The position numbers and the translations under genes are program-made. From IMG/VR virus record IMGVR_UViG_3300035703_000005, positions 62,001 through 126,000 of that record: a DNA stretch of 64,000 bases. One strand, written 5' to 3'. The notes under the pieces were generated by a model. The model was not told where the DNA came from. It worked only from the letters and a program-made list of their open reading frames with translations, and searched no databases. Positions 47,471 to 58,444 of the stretch are shown in pieces (position 1 is the stretch's first letter; the number at the start of each line of letters is the position of its first letter).

Positions 47471-47908
47471 TCAATGAGCTGATGTTCCATGAAAGTAATC
47501 CTTCCTGTAGTAACGACCGAGTACATTGCTATTGTAGTACCGAGGTTCCCCAGTGTCAAGGGCCTCTGTCAGGACATTATTTAGGAACAACTGACGGGTC
47601 TCCTCATAATTCGTTTTACCTACAGTATCGTGTAGAGAAATTATGAATCTTCTGAACTTATCTTTTCCGTATTTCTTAATATCATCTTTGAGTTCTGGAC
47701 AGGATCCGTAATACTTTTTCCAATCAGACTCCTGTTTAGATCTTCGAGTTGCACCCTTTTTCTTTCGGAAGCTCCAGAAATACTTTCTCCCAAAGTAACT
47801 CCGATTATTTTCAAGGCAGTCAATACGATAAACAAAACCAAAATGATCCTGAATATGATCTGACTCAAAAACCTCTCCATTATAAGTCCAAGGGTTTTCA
47901 TAGCTCAT
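47471..47908 (-). CDS. GIY-YIG endonuclease (T4 endonuclease II-like)
   Basis: GFVYRI...YFGRK...ESDWKKYYGS...YYN. Confidence 0.8.
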   Translation of the reverse strand: MSYENPWTYNGEVFESDHIQDHFGFVYRIDCLENNRSYFGRKYFWSFRKKKGATRRSKQESDWKKYYGSCPELKDDIKKYGKDKFRRFIISLHDTVGKTNYEETRQLFLNNVLTEALDTGEPRYYNSNVLGRYYRKDYFHGTSAH

Positions 47909-47935
47909 AAAGCTTTAAAATTCACTAAGCTTTAT

Positions 47936-48460
47936 TTAGTTAGAACGATCTAAAATTAAAAATAAATTTCCAAATCCACTATCCCATTTATAATCTGTCA
48001 TACTAAACTTTGTTTGTGTAGAAACAAATCCTTTTTCTAGAAATTTTAATTTAAAAATTTCTACAACATTATTAGCTGATATTGATATTCTATCATATAT
48101 TAAAAATTCAAAATTAATATTTAAAATTATTCTAGATTCTTTTTTTAAATAAGAACTATAATTTAATACTTTTTCAATAATTTCCAAATGAGTACAATAT
48201 TTAAATTCAGAGTTATTTACTAATATTAAAGTACTATAATTATTATGTTTCGGAATTACATCAACATTAATAATATTTTTATAAATTTGACCTAAACAAT
48301 TTAAAGCCAAAACTGGAAAATTTTTAACAGAATCTAAAACAAATTTATCTAATGGTAAAATTACTTTATCATCATTTTTTTTATTATGAACAAAAGATAC
48401 CCATCTTTCTCCATAATGTTGTTGAAGATACAACAATTTGAAATATTGATCTTTATTCAT
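47936..48460 (-). CDS. very AT-rich hypothetical protein
   Basis: 174-aa ORF coupled to its neighbour. Confidence 0.5.
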   Translation of the reverse strand: MNKDQYFKLLYLQQHYGERWVSFVHNKKNDDKVILPLDKFVLDSVKNFPVLALNCLGQIYKNIINVDVIPKHNNYSTLILVNNSEFKYCTHLEIIEKVLNYSSYLKKESRIILNINFEFLIYDRISISANNVVEIFKLKFLEKGFVSTQTKFSMTDYKWDSGFGNLFLILDRSN

Positions 48461-48962
48461 TTTTTTTAAATATCATTTGTGTAACTGGATATATAAAATT
48501 ACCCAAATTACCTATATCATCTGATCTGGATTTACTATAAACTAAAGTAAAATTTGAAATATTACTAAAATATTCAATGAGTTTTTCATCAAAATCTAAA
48601 AAATTACTTTTAAATTCTAAATTATTTTTGTTATAAATTAAAAATTTATTTAAAGAAATACAAAAATATACATTAGAAAATTTACTAAAATTATTTAATA
48701 ATATTTTTACATCTTCCGTTGAAATAAAATTATCTGGATTAATTACTAACACTATACAAATATAATTTCTATCTGGAATATCAAAGTTTTTATTAACGTA
48801 AAAAACATCTTCAATTGATTTTAAATTTAAAAATTTTTTAATCAATTCTTCTTGAGGAAATGGCCCAGGATTTTGCATTAAAAATGGATTTATTCTATTC
48901 TTAATTGGTAAATTATCTACATACGATATTTTAACCATAAAGCTCTTAAAATCACTGAGCAT
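48453..48962 (-). CDS. very AT-rich hypothetical protein
   Basis: 169-aa ORF. Confidence 0.5.
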   Translation of the reverse strand: MLSDFKSFMVKISYVDNLPIKNRINPFLMQNPGPFPQEELIKKFLNLKSIEDVFYVNKNFDIPDRNYICIVLVINPDNFISTEDVKILLNNFSKFSNVYFCISLNKFLIYNKNNLEFKSNFLDFDEKLIEYFSNISNFTLVYSKSRSDDIGNLGNFIYPVTQMIFKKNE

Positions 48963-49046
48963 TATTTATCCTTTGAACCCGGACAGAGTTATTATAGTCA
49001 CAAAAAAGGGGGTTAGTCAACCCCCCAAGTTATATTTTAATTGTTC

Positions 49047-50126
49047 TCAACGAACATTAGCACGATACCACTTCTCAAAATCTTCTCTACGCTTATCACC
49101 TCTTGGTGGCATAGGAGTTTTTTCTCCACGAACTTTTTCATACTTTCTATCTTCCTTCTCACCCTTCTCGGGATCACGCTGATAACCTTCGGTTTCTAGT
49201 TCCTCTGGAAGAGAACCACTTCTTAATCTTGAAGGAGGTCTCTTTGCCATTCTACGCTCAATCTCACCATGTTTACCCTTTGTTGGGGGTTCATAAGACA
49301 TTGTTTTTGATTTGGCAAATCTTTTCTTATTTCCCTCAATTCTATCTCTTTCTTTTTGATGTTTCATAATTTCTGCTTCAGTGAGTCCCATGATGATGGA
49401 CTCTCTCCACTCTTTACTCATGTTTGCCATCATTACGAGTGCATTCTCTTCGGTCTCTGCATATCCTTCATCTAGAAGGTGACCTTTGACTAGATCAAAG
49501 ATATCAACATCAGCAGCAAGATTTACACCCTTCTTAGCAAGGTCAAAACCCGTCTTTGCGGTTGATGCTGCAGGAGCCTTAGGTGCAGGCATAGAAGACT
49601 TCGTATCCTTCATAAGAGGATTGGTGGTTGCACTAGTTCCTCTTGTGCGATCTCTCTCTGCCTTTGCAGCAGCAAGTTTTGGATTTGCTTTTGCCCATTG
49701 ATCCATCGCAGATCCTGCGGGTTTTGCAGGAGCTGGAGCAGCTGGTTTTGGTGCAGTAGTTGCAGCAGGTTTTGGAGTAGTTGCAGGAGCTGAGGAAGCA
49801 GGTTTTGATCCTACAACTGAAGAACCTTTAATTTTTGAAGCTTTTGCAAATGCAGCATCACGAGCACCAGCAAATCTAGATTTATATGGTGTTGCAGATG
49901 GTTTTGATGAAGAAGTTGGTACTGGAGCTGCGCCTCTTCTTGATCCAGAACCACTTGGAGTTGGTCTAAAAACAGTTGAAGTTTGTCCAGTTGATCTAGC
50001 TCCAGCTTGACCCATTTCATCAATCTGTTCTACGTTTTCTTCAACGACTTCTTCACTGAGAACTTCGGGAGTCTCATGAACCTTTGAATAGGCCTCCATG
50101 AGACCCTTGATTTCTTCTGCTCTCAT
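49047..50126 (-). CDS. low-complexity late protein, possibly an internal head protein
   Basis: PAK/PAA-rich; multiple hydrophobic-x-E sites. Confidence 0.55.
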   Translation of the reverse strand: MRAEEIKGLMEAYSKVHETPEVLSEEVVEENVEQIDEMGQAGARSTGQTSTVFRPTPSGSGSRRGAAPVPTSSSKPSATPYKSRFAGARDAAFAKASKIKGSSVVGSKPASSAPATTPKPAATTAPKPAAPAPAKPAGSAMDQWAKANPKLAAAKAERDRTRGTSATTNPLMKDTKSSMPAPKAPAASTAKTGFDLAKKGVNLAADVDIFDLVKGHLLDEGYAETEENALVMMANMSKEWRESIIMGLTEAEIMKHQKERDRIEGNKKRFAKSKTMSYEPPTKGKHGEIERRMAKRPPSRLRSGSLPEELETEGYQRDPEKGEKEDRKYEKVRGEKTPMPPRGDKRREDFEKWYRANVR

Positions 50127-50158
50127 TTTCCTGCAATAAAAGTACTTTATATTGTTAT

Positions 50159-50596
50159 TTATTTATCTTCAGGTTTCCAAGAACAATCAATTCCCTCAAA
50201 AACTGGAGAACAAATTCTCATAGGTGGTGCAAGTTGTTTACAATCCTCAGAATAACATAATGATTCATCATTCGTCTCTTCAAGGTATCGTGGTTTATAT
50301 TTTTTATCCGACTCTACAATAATACGATCATATTCCTTTGTTACATCTTTTATAGCGTTATCAACATCTCTGACAACCCTACGGTTTACTTTGTCAGGAT
50401 CTTGTAGTATAATCTCATTAAGAACACCTTGCGGGAAATACTTTCTTTGAATTTCGTCCAATAAGTTCCAAAGTCCATTTTCTGATATTCCTGTACATTG
50501 TGAAAGAGCTGCAATTATAGTTGATACTACCACTCCAACTATAATTAGTTGTTTTTTATTTGATTTCTTTTTACCAAATTGAAAATTGAATTGCAT
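50159..50596 (-). CDS. membrane-anchored hypothetical protein
   Basis: N-terminal TM; C-terminal Cys cluster. Confidence 0.55.
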   Translation of the reverse strand: MQFNFQFGKKKSNKKQLIIVGVVVSTIIAALSQCTGISENGLWNLLDEIQRKYFPQGVLNEIILQDPDKVNRRVVRDVDNAIKDVTKEYDRIIVESDKKYKPRYLEETNDESLCYSEDCKQLAPPMRICSPVFEGIDCSWKPEDK

Positions 50597-50667
50597 GATT
50601 TGAAATCATTCTATTAATAGTTATAATCATCAATAAATATAAAATAGGGAAAGACTGAGGAACATTA

Positions 50668-51219
50668 ATGTCTAGACTCGGGATCAATACTGGTGCAAAT
50701 CCTAATGATGGTCAGGGAGATCCATTGAGAATTGCAATGGGTAAAATTAATAGTAATTTCCAAGAAGTTTATACTAAATTTGGAGATGGATTTGACTTAG
50801 TAAGTTATGCAAGCACTGCAGGAATTTCCACTCTTTCTAGAAACTTAACAGGAAATCCTATTATCAGTGTTTCTGGAGTTTTAAATGCAGGAATTACAAC
50901 AACAGAACATCTAGAAGTAAGAAATATAACTTCAACTGGTGTAGTTACTGCTACTCAATTTGTAGGTGATGGAAGTCAACTTACAAATGTGACTGCTCTT
51001 GTTGGTGGATTGGAAGTTTTAGATAATAATGTAAGAAAAGGTGTTGCAAGAGAATTAAACTTCGGTGATAATATTACATCAACTGGACCCGATGGGGTCG
51101 GAAGAATAACCATTGGCGTATCCACAGTGATATTGACTTCCCCAAATGGAAGTAGATATAGATTAAATGTAGATAATAATGGTAATTTAAGTACAACTTT
51201 GGTAAACTTTATTCCATAA
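50668..51219 (+). CDS. baseplate/tail-fibre-related structural protein
   Basis: T4 gp9/gp10-like N-terminus INTGANPNDGQGDPLR.A..KINSNF; C-terminal LTSPNG.RY.L.VDN.G.L. Confidence 0.7.
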   Translation: MSRLGINTGANPNDGQGDPLRIAMGKINSNFQEVYTKFGDGFDLVSYASTAGISTLSRNLTGNPIISVSGVLNAGITTTEHLEVRNITSTGVVTATQFVGDGSQLTNVTALVGGLEVLDNNVRKGVARELNFGDNITSTGPDGVGRITIGVSTVILTSPNGSRYRLNVDNNGNLSTTLVNFIP

Positions 51220-51231
51220 TATAGAGGGTTT

Positions 51232-51423
51232 ATGCCACGAGAATGGAACACTCCAGAACGTGAGTGTTGGAATGCACCCATTCATCAGATCCTAAAAGCA
51301 ATCGATAATCATACTCGATTGTGGATGGAAACTGGAGATTATTGGCATGAAAATCAAGCAAATATATTAAGAAACTATCTATACGAACTTAAGAATTGGA
51401 TTCATCGACAAGAAGAACGTTAA
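51232..51423 (+). CDS. hypothetical phage protein
   Basis: MPREWNTP.RE.WN. Confidence 0.55.
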   Translation: MPREWNTPERECWNAPIHQILKAIDNHTRLWMETGDYWHENQANILRNYLYELKNWIHRQEER

Positions 51424-52034
51424 GACTTCCAAAGTTTTCCTTCCGCTTTTCTTCTGCGTAAAAGTCCAAGTTCAACTTTACTACCTGGATTACGATAAAG
51501 TTCTAATGCAGATGGAACTTCACTCCACTTTTTTTCTCTGAGAACTCTAGATATTGTACTAAATCCAGAAGAATTATAAAAATTAGCTCCAAGATTATAA
51601 GCAAATGATAAAAGTGCGCCTTGTTGGTTTTCACTCATTTCATTCCAATAAGGAATTTTTTGCAAAGAAGGAAGGAACTCACGACGTAATTGATGATAAA
51701 GCAAATCATCCGCTTCATCTTGCGTAATTGAATTGCCAATCATAAAACTAGAACCATCCTTTCTACGGGTACTTCCCCACCCAATTGTTATGGGAAGTCC
51801 TCCAGTATGAGGATCATAATACGCTTTTAATTTGCATCCTTCAAATTCCTTGATCAAATCAACCCCAGAAAGGGGAAGTCCCTCAAGAGTTGGCTCTACT
51901 TTTTGATTTCTATAGAGTCTTGCAAATTCATCAAGAATTTCCTTATGTACTGATGCTTGAAGAAATTCCCACGCCTTATTCTGGTGTGGGAGATCTTTGT
52001 AATTTTTTACCGCATCGATAAATTTTATAGTCAT
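51420..52034 (-). CDS. endolysin, GH24 lysozyme
   Basis: IKEFEG..L.AY.D...TIGWG, SFAYNLG, GLLRRR..E. Confidence 0.93.
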   Translation of the reverse strand: MTIKFIDAVKNYKDLPHQNKAWEFLQASVHKEILDEFARLYRNQKVEPTLEGLPLSGVDLIKEFEGCKLKAYYDPHTGGLPITIGWGSTRRKDGSSFMIGNSITQDEADDLLYHQLRREFLPSLQKIPYWNEMSENQQGALLSFAYNLGANFYNSSGFSTISRVLREKKWSEVPSALELYRNPGSKVELGLLRRRKAEGKLWKS

Positions 52035-52711
52035 GAGAAAATTCTACCCCAACCATCATTGCCGGCAGGGCACCATCTACGAGAAAGTTCTGAACGCTTA
52101 TATACTGCGCCTCTACCATTTGAGACGGGTCCAGTATATCCATCATTAAGACTTCCATATGGATCATTTACGACATAATCTCCGGATGGAGTTTTGCCAA
52201 TCACTACGAGTATATGACCCCCAGTAGGAGAAGATAAAGGACCACGATGGAGTATCCCAATACAAACGGGTCTCCCAGCAGATAACTCACGATCAAGATC
52301 GGCAAATGTAAGATTATACCTAAACTCAGACTTAATACCATAAGATTGTAAAGTGCGGGTCTGAACCGAGTGATCTGTTGTGTCACCCACTGAGAACACT
52401 TTGCGAATGTATGCATCATCGCCTTTTGGTCCTACGAGTGTACCTGGTTTAAAATACTCAAGGCACATTGCGCAAGATGAAGAATTACAGGTTCTTTGCG
52501 CATCCCTATAATTATCTGTTTGTGGAAACCAAGGAACTGGGAGAACGTTTGTTTTTGGTGGTTCCACTTTTGTTCTGTAAACTTTCACCCATTCCGAACT
52601 ATCTTCAAGAAATAATCCAGGTAAAGTATCCTCTAAAATCTGAACTGCTTTAACATGATTTTGGTTTTTTTCATCGTAAAATTTAAAAAAACTATGAAGG
52701 TCTATTTTCAT
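52031..52711 (-). CDS. C39-like cysteine peptidase
   Basis: Q.DN...CNSSSCAM, GGH, VNDPYG. Confidence 0.85.
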   Translation of the reverse strand: MKIDLHSFFKFYDEKNQNHVKAVQILEDTLPGLFLEDSSEWVKVYRTKVEPPKTNVLPVPWFPQTDNYRDAQRTCNSSSCAMCLEYFKPGTLVGPKGDDAYIRKVFSVGDTTDHSVQTRTLQSYGIKSEFRYNLTFADLDRELSAGRPVCIGILHRGPLSSPTGGHILVVIGKTPSGDYVVNDPYGSLNDGYTGPVSNGRGAVYKRSELSRRWCPAGNDGWGRIFS

Positions 52712-52735
52712 ATCATTTACATATTCTACGGATAT

Positions 52736-53302
52736 TTATGATCTACCACCCCATTGAATATCCGGATATGCATCTGAAACATTTTGTTTAGAAATACTAT
52801 ACTTTGTTTGTAACTTTTTATCTTTTACAAGCATAAGAATCTCAGCCTCAAGAGGGTGCAATCCCTCAAGAATACTAATAAACATAGTCTCTCGTTTCAT
52901 ACTAGAGAGTCTATCATTACCACCTTTAACAAAATTATAAAAATAAGTATATTCTTTACGGATTGAAGTTCGACCTTGGTCTTGAGATCCAATAGAATTA
53001 GATCCAAGTTCATCCATCATTTGAACAGATCGTTCAATATTATCACTTAGATTTCCGGAACGAACATTCTGTTGTCCAACGCTTGCATAGGGAACTAATC
53101 CCTCTGGAAGCATTGATATGATCGTATCATCAAAATTCCAAATTAAGATAGTTTTTAATGATGGATCAGAGTATTTTTGTAGGATTTCTGCCTTTTTTGC
53201 ATTTGATTTTTGTTTTGCAGCAAGTGCAAGAACTTCAAAAGTAAAAGGATTGGAGGGTAGTTCCTCAGAAACCACCCTCGGAATTTGAGTTTGAGTAACC
53301 AT
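52736..53302 (-). CDS. conserved T4-like phage hypothetical protein
   Basis: LPEG.VPY...RE..FI..LEGLHP.EA. Confidence 0.65.
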   Translation of the reverse strand: MVTQTQIPRVVSEELPSNPFTFEVLALAAKQKSNAKKAEILQKYSDPSLKTILIWNFDDTIISMLPEGLVPYASVGQQNVRSGNLSDNIERSVQMMDELGSNSIGSQDQGRTSIRKEYTYFYNFVKGGNDRLSSMKRETMFISILEGLHPLEAEILMLVKDKKLQTKYSISKQNVSDAYPDIQWGGRS

Positions 53303-53339
53303 GAAACTTATTTCAAGTCAGTTGTTATTATTATTTAGA

Positions 53340-54485
53340 TCAAAGTTTGAACCCAGCAAAAGTATCCTTTTTAACGTCTTGTTTAATGCCACCAACAACA
53401 TAAGATTCAACTTCTGTTTCTTGAGGTGCTACCTGAAGACCCTTAGAGGAAATCCAATGTTCAGTCCAAGGAAGAGGATTGTTCTTTGCAGGAATATCAT
53501 ACAATGGGCGAAGTCCAATAGCCTTCATACGACGATTTGCAATCCACTCAACATAGTTATTGAGAAGTTTATCATTAAGACCAATCATGGAACCATCTTT
53601 AAAAAGATATTGAGCCCAAGTTTTTTCCTCATTGACACAATTTTCAAAAGCATTTACTACCCAATCTTCCTCTTCTTGAGCAATTTTTTGCATTTCTGGA
53701 TCATCGCCTTCACGCCATTTGTTGAGGATGTTTTGAGTAATGACAAGGTGCTGATTTTCATCTCTTGCGATGAGAGAGATAATTTTAGCGGATCCTTCCA
53801 TAAGTTTGAGTTCACCAAACGCAAACGAGCAAGCGAATGAGACATAGAATCTGATACCTTCGAGAATATTGACATTGGCAATTGCACGATAAAGTTTTCT
53901 TTTTAATTCAATACGATCTTCTCTAGAATGACCTGCACCTTCTTGAGCAAACTTCCATGCATTAGAAGTGCCATATTCTTGTGCAGAATTAATGAAATCA
54001 TCATAAGCACCTGTTACAGTTTCAGCTCGACTGACAATTTTTTCATCATCTAAAATCGTATCAAATACTTCTGCGGGATCAGAATACACATTTTTGATGA
54101 TGTATGTGTATGAACGTGAGTGAATCATTTCCATGAATCCCCAAACTTCCATACATGCTTCCAATTCGGGAAGTGAACAATATGGAATGAATGCCATTCC
54201 TGGTCCGCGACCTTGCACAGAATCCAACATGATCTGATACTTCAGGTTGGAAGTAAAGATATGTTTTTGTTCTGGACGAAGAGTTTGATAATCTGAACGA
54301 TCTTTTTGAAGAGAAACTTCTTCAGGTCTCCAAAAATATCCCAGTTGTTGTTGAGTCAACTTATCAAAAACTGGATATTTGTATTGATCATAACGCTGTA
54401 AACCTAATGGTTGACCAAAAAACATTGGTTGTTTACGGGTATCAACATCGGTACTGGTGTTAAATACAGTCATTTTTTCTATCAT
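53340..54485 (-). CDS. nrdB: ribonucleotide reductase class Ia beta subunit; start approximate
   Basis: FWRPEEV, EMIHSRSY, EGIRFYVSF, DENQH, APQETEVESY. Confidence 0.97.
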   Translation of the reverse strand: MIEKMTVFNTSTDVDTRKQPMFFGQPLGLQRYDQYKYPVFDKLTQQQLGYFWRPEEVSLQKDRSDYQTLRPEQKHIFTSNLKYQIMLDSVQGRGPGMAFIPYCSLPELEACMEVWGFMEMIHSRSYTYIIKNVYSDPAEVFDTILDDEKIVSRAETVTGAYDDFINSAQEYGTSNAWKFAQEGAGHSREDRIELKRKLYRAIANVNILEGIRFYVSFACSFAFGELKLMEGSAKIISLIARDENQHLVITQNILNKWREGDDPEMQKIAQEEEDWVVNAFENCVNEEKTWAQYLFKDGSMIGLNDKLLNNYVEWIANRRMKAIGLRPLYDIPAKNNPLPWTEHWISSKGLQVAPQETEVESYVVGGIKQDVKKDTFAGFKL

Positions 54486-54504
54486 TAGAGACTCCTTTGT
54501 TTTG

Positions 54505-56814
54505 TTAGATTTTACAGCTTTCACAATCTTCCTCACTTGCATTCATAATGTCATCAATAAGTTTATCCAATTCTTTTTTTGTAGTTTCCTCCTTAACTTC
54601 ATCAGATTTTTGGTCGTGAGTGTTCTGATAATATGAAGTTTTCCATCCATATTTGTATGTTCTCAAAAGATCTTGAGCCATTACCGATACGGGAACTTCA
54701 TTATCTGGATAGTTTTCTGGATTATAAGACCAGTTTCCGGAAATAGCCTGATCAAAGAACTTTTGCATTACAGCAACAACATTAATATACCCAGTGTTAT
54801 CAGGCATATCCCACAAAAGCGTATAATTGTTTTTGAGGGCATTATATTGAGGAACAATTTGTTTAAGTGGTCCTTTTTTAGATTTCTTAATGGACAAGTA
54901 CCCTCTAGGTGGTTCGATTCCATTAGTTGCGTTTGACACAACGGAACTGCTCTCCGATGGCATCTGTGCGGACAGTGTTGAGTGCCTGAGACCGTGTTCC
55001 AAAATGGATGCTCTAAGTGTTTCCCAATCATAGTTAAGGTGGTGTAATACAATTTCGTCTACATCTCTCTTATATGTATCGATAGGAAGAATACCAGTAG
55101 AATATTTGGTCCTATTGAAATCTACACACTGACCTTTTTCTTTAGCAATTTGATTAGAAGACTTTAGTAGATAATACTGAAATGCTTCTGTAAGTTCATG
55201 AACAATACTCCAAGCCTCATTAGAATCATATTTTACACCATTCTTTGCAAGATAGTGTGCAAGACCAATATATCCAATACCAAGAGATCTGCGAGATTTT
55301 GTTGCAACCTCAGCCGCATGAACAGGATAATCTTGATAATCAATTAGTTCCTCAAGTGCGCGAACAGAAAGATCGCACAATTCTTCCAGATCATCAATAT
55401 GCTTTAGTTTTCCTACATTAATTGCAGAAAGAATACAAAGAGCAATCTCACCATCAATGTCATCGATATGCTGAATGGGATCTGTTGGTAGAGTAATTTC
55501 TTGGCATAAATTACTCATCCAAATTTTATCAATAAAAGAACTATGAGAATTGCAATGGTCAATATTCATGATGTAAATACGACCGGTTTCCGCACGTTCT
55601 TTTAGGATGTCCAGAATAAGTTCTTGAGCTCTGACAGTTTTTCTTGGAATAGACTCATCTCGTTCTGCAGCCAAATAGAGATCATCAAACTCAGGAAGCC
55701 CGAAAGAATCAGAAACTGATGGAACGTCATGAGGTGAGAAGAGGGACATTTCTTCATCATTGATGAATCTTTCATAGAAAAGTTTGCTGATTTGAATTGA
55801 ATAATCAAGTTTACGAACACGGTTATCTTCAGTTCCTTTGTTGTTCTTGAGAACAATGATGTCTTCTATTTCTTGGTGCCAGATTGGAAAGTGGACAGTA
55901 GCACTTCCACCGCGAATCCCGTTTTGTGTACAACATCTGACAGTTGATTCAAACTTTTTGAGGAATGGGATAACGCCTGTATGAGTAACTTCTCCCCCTC
56001 TGATTTTGCTGTTGATGCCACGGATGCGACCTGCGTTGATGCCGATACCCGCCCTTTGTGCAACGTATCTGCCAATAGCCATATCACTAGTAAAGATACC
56101 ATCGAGGGTGTCATCAACATCAACAAGCACACAGCTAGCGAATTGTCTAAGTGGCGTTCTAACTCCTGCCATGATGGGAGTTGGAATGTTGATTCTGTGT
56201 TTTGAGATTGCATTGTAATATTTACGAACGTAATCTAGTCTGGTTTCTTTTGAATATTCTGCAAAAATAGTTGCAGAAATTAACATGTACATGTATTGTG
56301 GAGTTTCATAAACTTTTCCACTACTACGATCTTGAACCAAATATTTATCTACAACTTGTCGTAGACCTGCATAAGTGAAAAGAAAATCACGATCATGATC
56401 AATCCAAGAGTTAATCTTGTCCCACTCATCACTGCTATATTTTGCGGGGAGATGTCTATCGTAAATATTACTGCAAGCTCCATGTACTAAGTGATCGTAA
56501 ATGTGAGGAAATCCCTGATTCCAAGATGGGCCAAAGACTTGCTTGTATAGTCCAAACAAAAGAAGTCTAGCAGCAACAAATTGATAATTTGGAGTTTCAA
56601 GATCAATTAGATCAGAAGCTGAACGAATCAAAATTTCTTGAATCTCTGATGTAGTAATACCATCATAAAATTGAATACCTGATTGCATTTCAACCTGAGA
56701 TGCAGAAACTCCCGCGAGACCTTCGCAGGCACTTTCTACCATTTTATGAATTTTGTCTAGGTTCAGGTTTTCGGTATTTCCGTTTCTTTTTACAACTTTA
56801 GTCCCGTTACTCAT
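54505..56814 (-). CDS. nrdA: ribonucleotide reductase class Ia alpha subunit
   Basis: ATP cone, PTPIMAG, SNLCQEI, MPSESSS, terminal CESC. Confidence 0.98.
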   Translation of the reverse strand: MSNGTKVVKRNGNTENLNLDKIHKMVESACEGLAGVSASQVEMQSGIQFYDGITTSEIQEILIRSASDLIDLETPNYQFVAARLLLFGLYKQVFGPSWNQGFPHIYDHLVHGACSNIYDRHLPAKYSSDEWDKINSWIDHDRDFLFTYAGLRQVVDKYLVQDRSSGKVYETPQYMYMLISATIFAEYSKETRLDYVRKYYNAISKHRINIPTPIMAGVRTPLRQFASCVLVDVDDTLDGIFTSDMAIGRYVAQRAGIGINAGRIRGINSKIRGGEVTHTGVIPFLKKFESTVRCCTQNGIRGGSATVHFPIWHQEIEDIIVLKNNKGTEDNRVRKLDYSIQISKLFYERFINDEEMSLFSPHDVPSVSDSFGLPEFDDLYLAAERDESIPRKTVRAQELILDILKERAETGRIYIMNIDHCNSHSSFIDKIWMSNLCQEITLPTDPIQHIDDIDGEIALCILSAINVGKLKHIDDLEELCDLSVRALEELIDYQDYPVHAAEVATKSRRSLGIGYIGLAHYLAKNGVKYDSNEAWSIVHELTEAFQYYLLKSSNQIAKEKGQCVDFNRTKYSTGILPIDTYKRDVDEIVLHHLNYDWETLRASILEHGLRHSTLSAQMPSESSSVVSNATNGIEPPRGYLSIKKSKKGPLKQIVPQYNALKNNYTLLWDMPDNTGYINVVAVMQKFFDQAISGNWSYNPENYPDNEVPVSVMAQDLLRTYKYGWKTSYYQNTHDQKSDEVKEETTKKELDKLIDDIMNASEEDCESCKI

Positions 56815-57815
56815 GTTTTCTTCCAACTAGTAAGTTTTGTTTTAGCTTGTAATCCACTATAGACATTTGATTCTATCACAGACTGGACATTAAGTCCAGA
56901 TAAAATCATATCATTAATGTCTTTTTCGTTGATAGTATCTGGCCAAATAACTATTGGAAATTTCCAATCTATTGACTTTTCCATCCTATCAACAATTTGT
57001 TTATTTCGTTTTTCATTATCATAAACCATCACAAAATTTGTTTCAAAGTTTGAGATAAAAAACGATTTATCAAAATCGGCACCAACCATTGCGATAGAGT
57101 TTTCAATAAACATACTATCAAATGGGCCTTCTACAATATAAACTGTTTTATTCCAGTCAACCTTATCCAAACCATAAATCTTGGGGTTGTTGTCATCCAA
57201 AATAATTGTAATGTACTTAAGTTTTGATTTTGGATTAAGCGATCTCCCCTGGAACCCAAATATTTTTTCTTTATTTTTTAGGGGAATAATGATTCTTGGT
57301 TCGTCATTCTTTAAGTTATCGAAAGTATATTTTTGGGAATTAGTCCATTCCTTAAAATTTTCGGCGAAGTAAAGTTCGCCCAGATACTTAACGGGAATTC
57401 TTCGGTTGTCTAAAAATTTTCTTGCGGGGTGTGTTGTATTTAGTTCTGAAATTTTTGGTAGATCAAAATCTTTTTTTGAAAAATCTGGTTTCTCAAATTT
57501 GAATTTTTTTGGTTCAGGAGTATTTGATCCACGTCCTGTAGCCCCCGTTTTATACCTCTCAAAGACGTACTGATCATGTAGAGATGGATCAATGTCTTTT
57601 AAAAAGTTTGTAAAGGTTCTAGAGGCGCCGCAGTTATGACACTTAAAGTTATGATCATTCTTTAGACGATATAAGTAACCTCTGGCTTTATTTTTATGTC
57701 TTTCAGAATCACCACAATAGGGGCAACGAAAATTATATAATCCTTCCTTCTTTTTTGAAAATTTCTGGAGTTTAAGTGAAACTAATCCAATGTATTTGGT
57801 GTCAATAAGACTCAT
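56811..57815 (-). CDS. DNA primase (T4 gp61)
   Basis: CPYCGDS...CHNC; EGPFDS; DINDM. Confidence 0.95.
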   Translation of the reverse strand: MSLIDTKYIGLVSLKLQKFSKKKEGLYNFRCPYCGDSERHKNKARGYLYRLKNDHNFKCHNCGASRTFTNFLKDIDPSLHDQYVFERYKTGATGRGSNTPEPKKFKFEKPDFSKKDFDLPKISELNTTHPARKFLDNRRIPVKYLGELYFAENFKEWTNSQKYTFDNLKNDEPRIIIPLKNKEKIFGFQGRSLNPKSKLKYITIILDDNNPKIYGLDKVDWNKTVYIVEGPFDSMFIENSIAMVGADFDKSFFISNFETNFVMVYDNEKRNKQIVDRMEKSIDWKFPIVIWPDTINEKDINDMILSGLNVQSVIESNVYSGLQAKTKLTSWKKT

Positions 57816-58234
57816 TTTGTAGTATTTTGGATCTGAGTAGATCCATTGTACTGCACCTGCACAATGTTGTCAATAAAAGGAACTAGTAAACTTGTAGCAA
57901 AAGCGATTACTCCAACAATAGCTAGAGATTGCCACTTAAATTTTGATAGTTCAGATATATCTTTCTCTACAGTTTCCAATCTCTTGACAACTGTAAGATG
58001 TTCTTTAGAATTTGATTCTTTAACATCTTCAATCATTCTGATAATTAACTCATCAGTTTTAATACTTTGTTCTATACGTTCATCATGTTTTGTAAGAATC
58101 ATTGCTATACGATTATTTCCTTCGGAAATTTTTTCCACAGCTGCTTCCAACTTAGATAACATTTCGCGGGATAGCTCTTCATAAATGTTGAGTTTGGATT
58201 CAAGAACCGCTAGTTTTGATTCTTGCGAGAACAT
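57812..58234 (-). CDS. coiled-coil protein with a C-terminal TM
   Basis: Heptads followed by a hydrophobic segment. Confidence 0.55.
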   Translation of the reverse strand: MFSQESKLAVLESKLNIYEELSREMLSKLEAAVEKISEGNNRIAMILTKHDERIEQSIKTDELIIRMIEDVKESNSKEHLTVVKRLETVEKDISELSKFKWQSLAIVGVIAFATSLLVPFIDNIVQVQYNGSTQIQNTTK

Positions 58235-58444
58235 TTTATTTCTTCCTATTTGTTAAATGTTTACTATATTCTATAGGCAATCTTTTCATAATCTTTGTAC
58301 GTCTATCCAATTTAATAGGAGGATCGAACCCAGCAACAGGACCTTTTGGATCTGCAGAGCCAGTGAATCCACCAGATCCAACAACCATACCATCTTCCAT
58401 AAGATTACGAATAATTTTAATAGAATTTTCTAAAATATGGTCTT

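Noticed and set aside
53340-57815. Introns or inteins in nrdA, nrdB or primase
   Set aside because: The ORFs are continuous and of normal length
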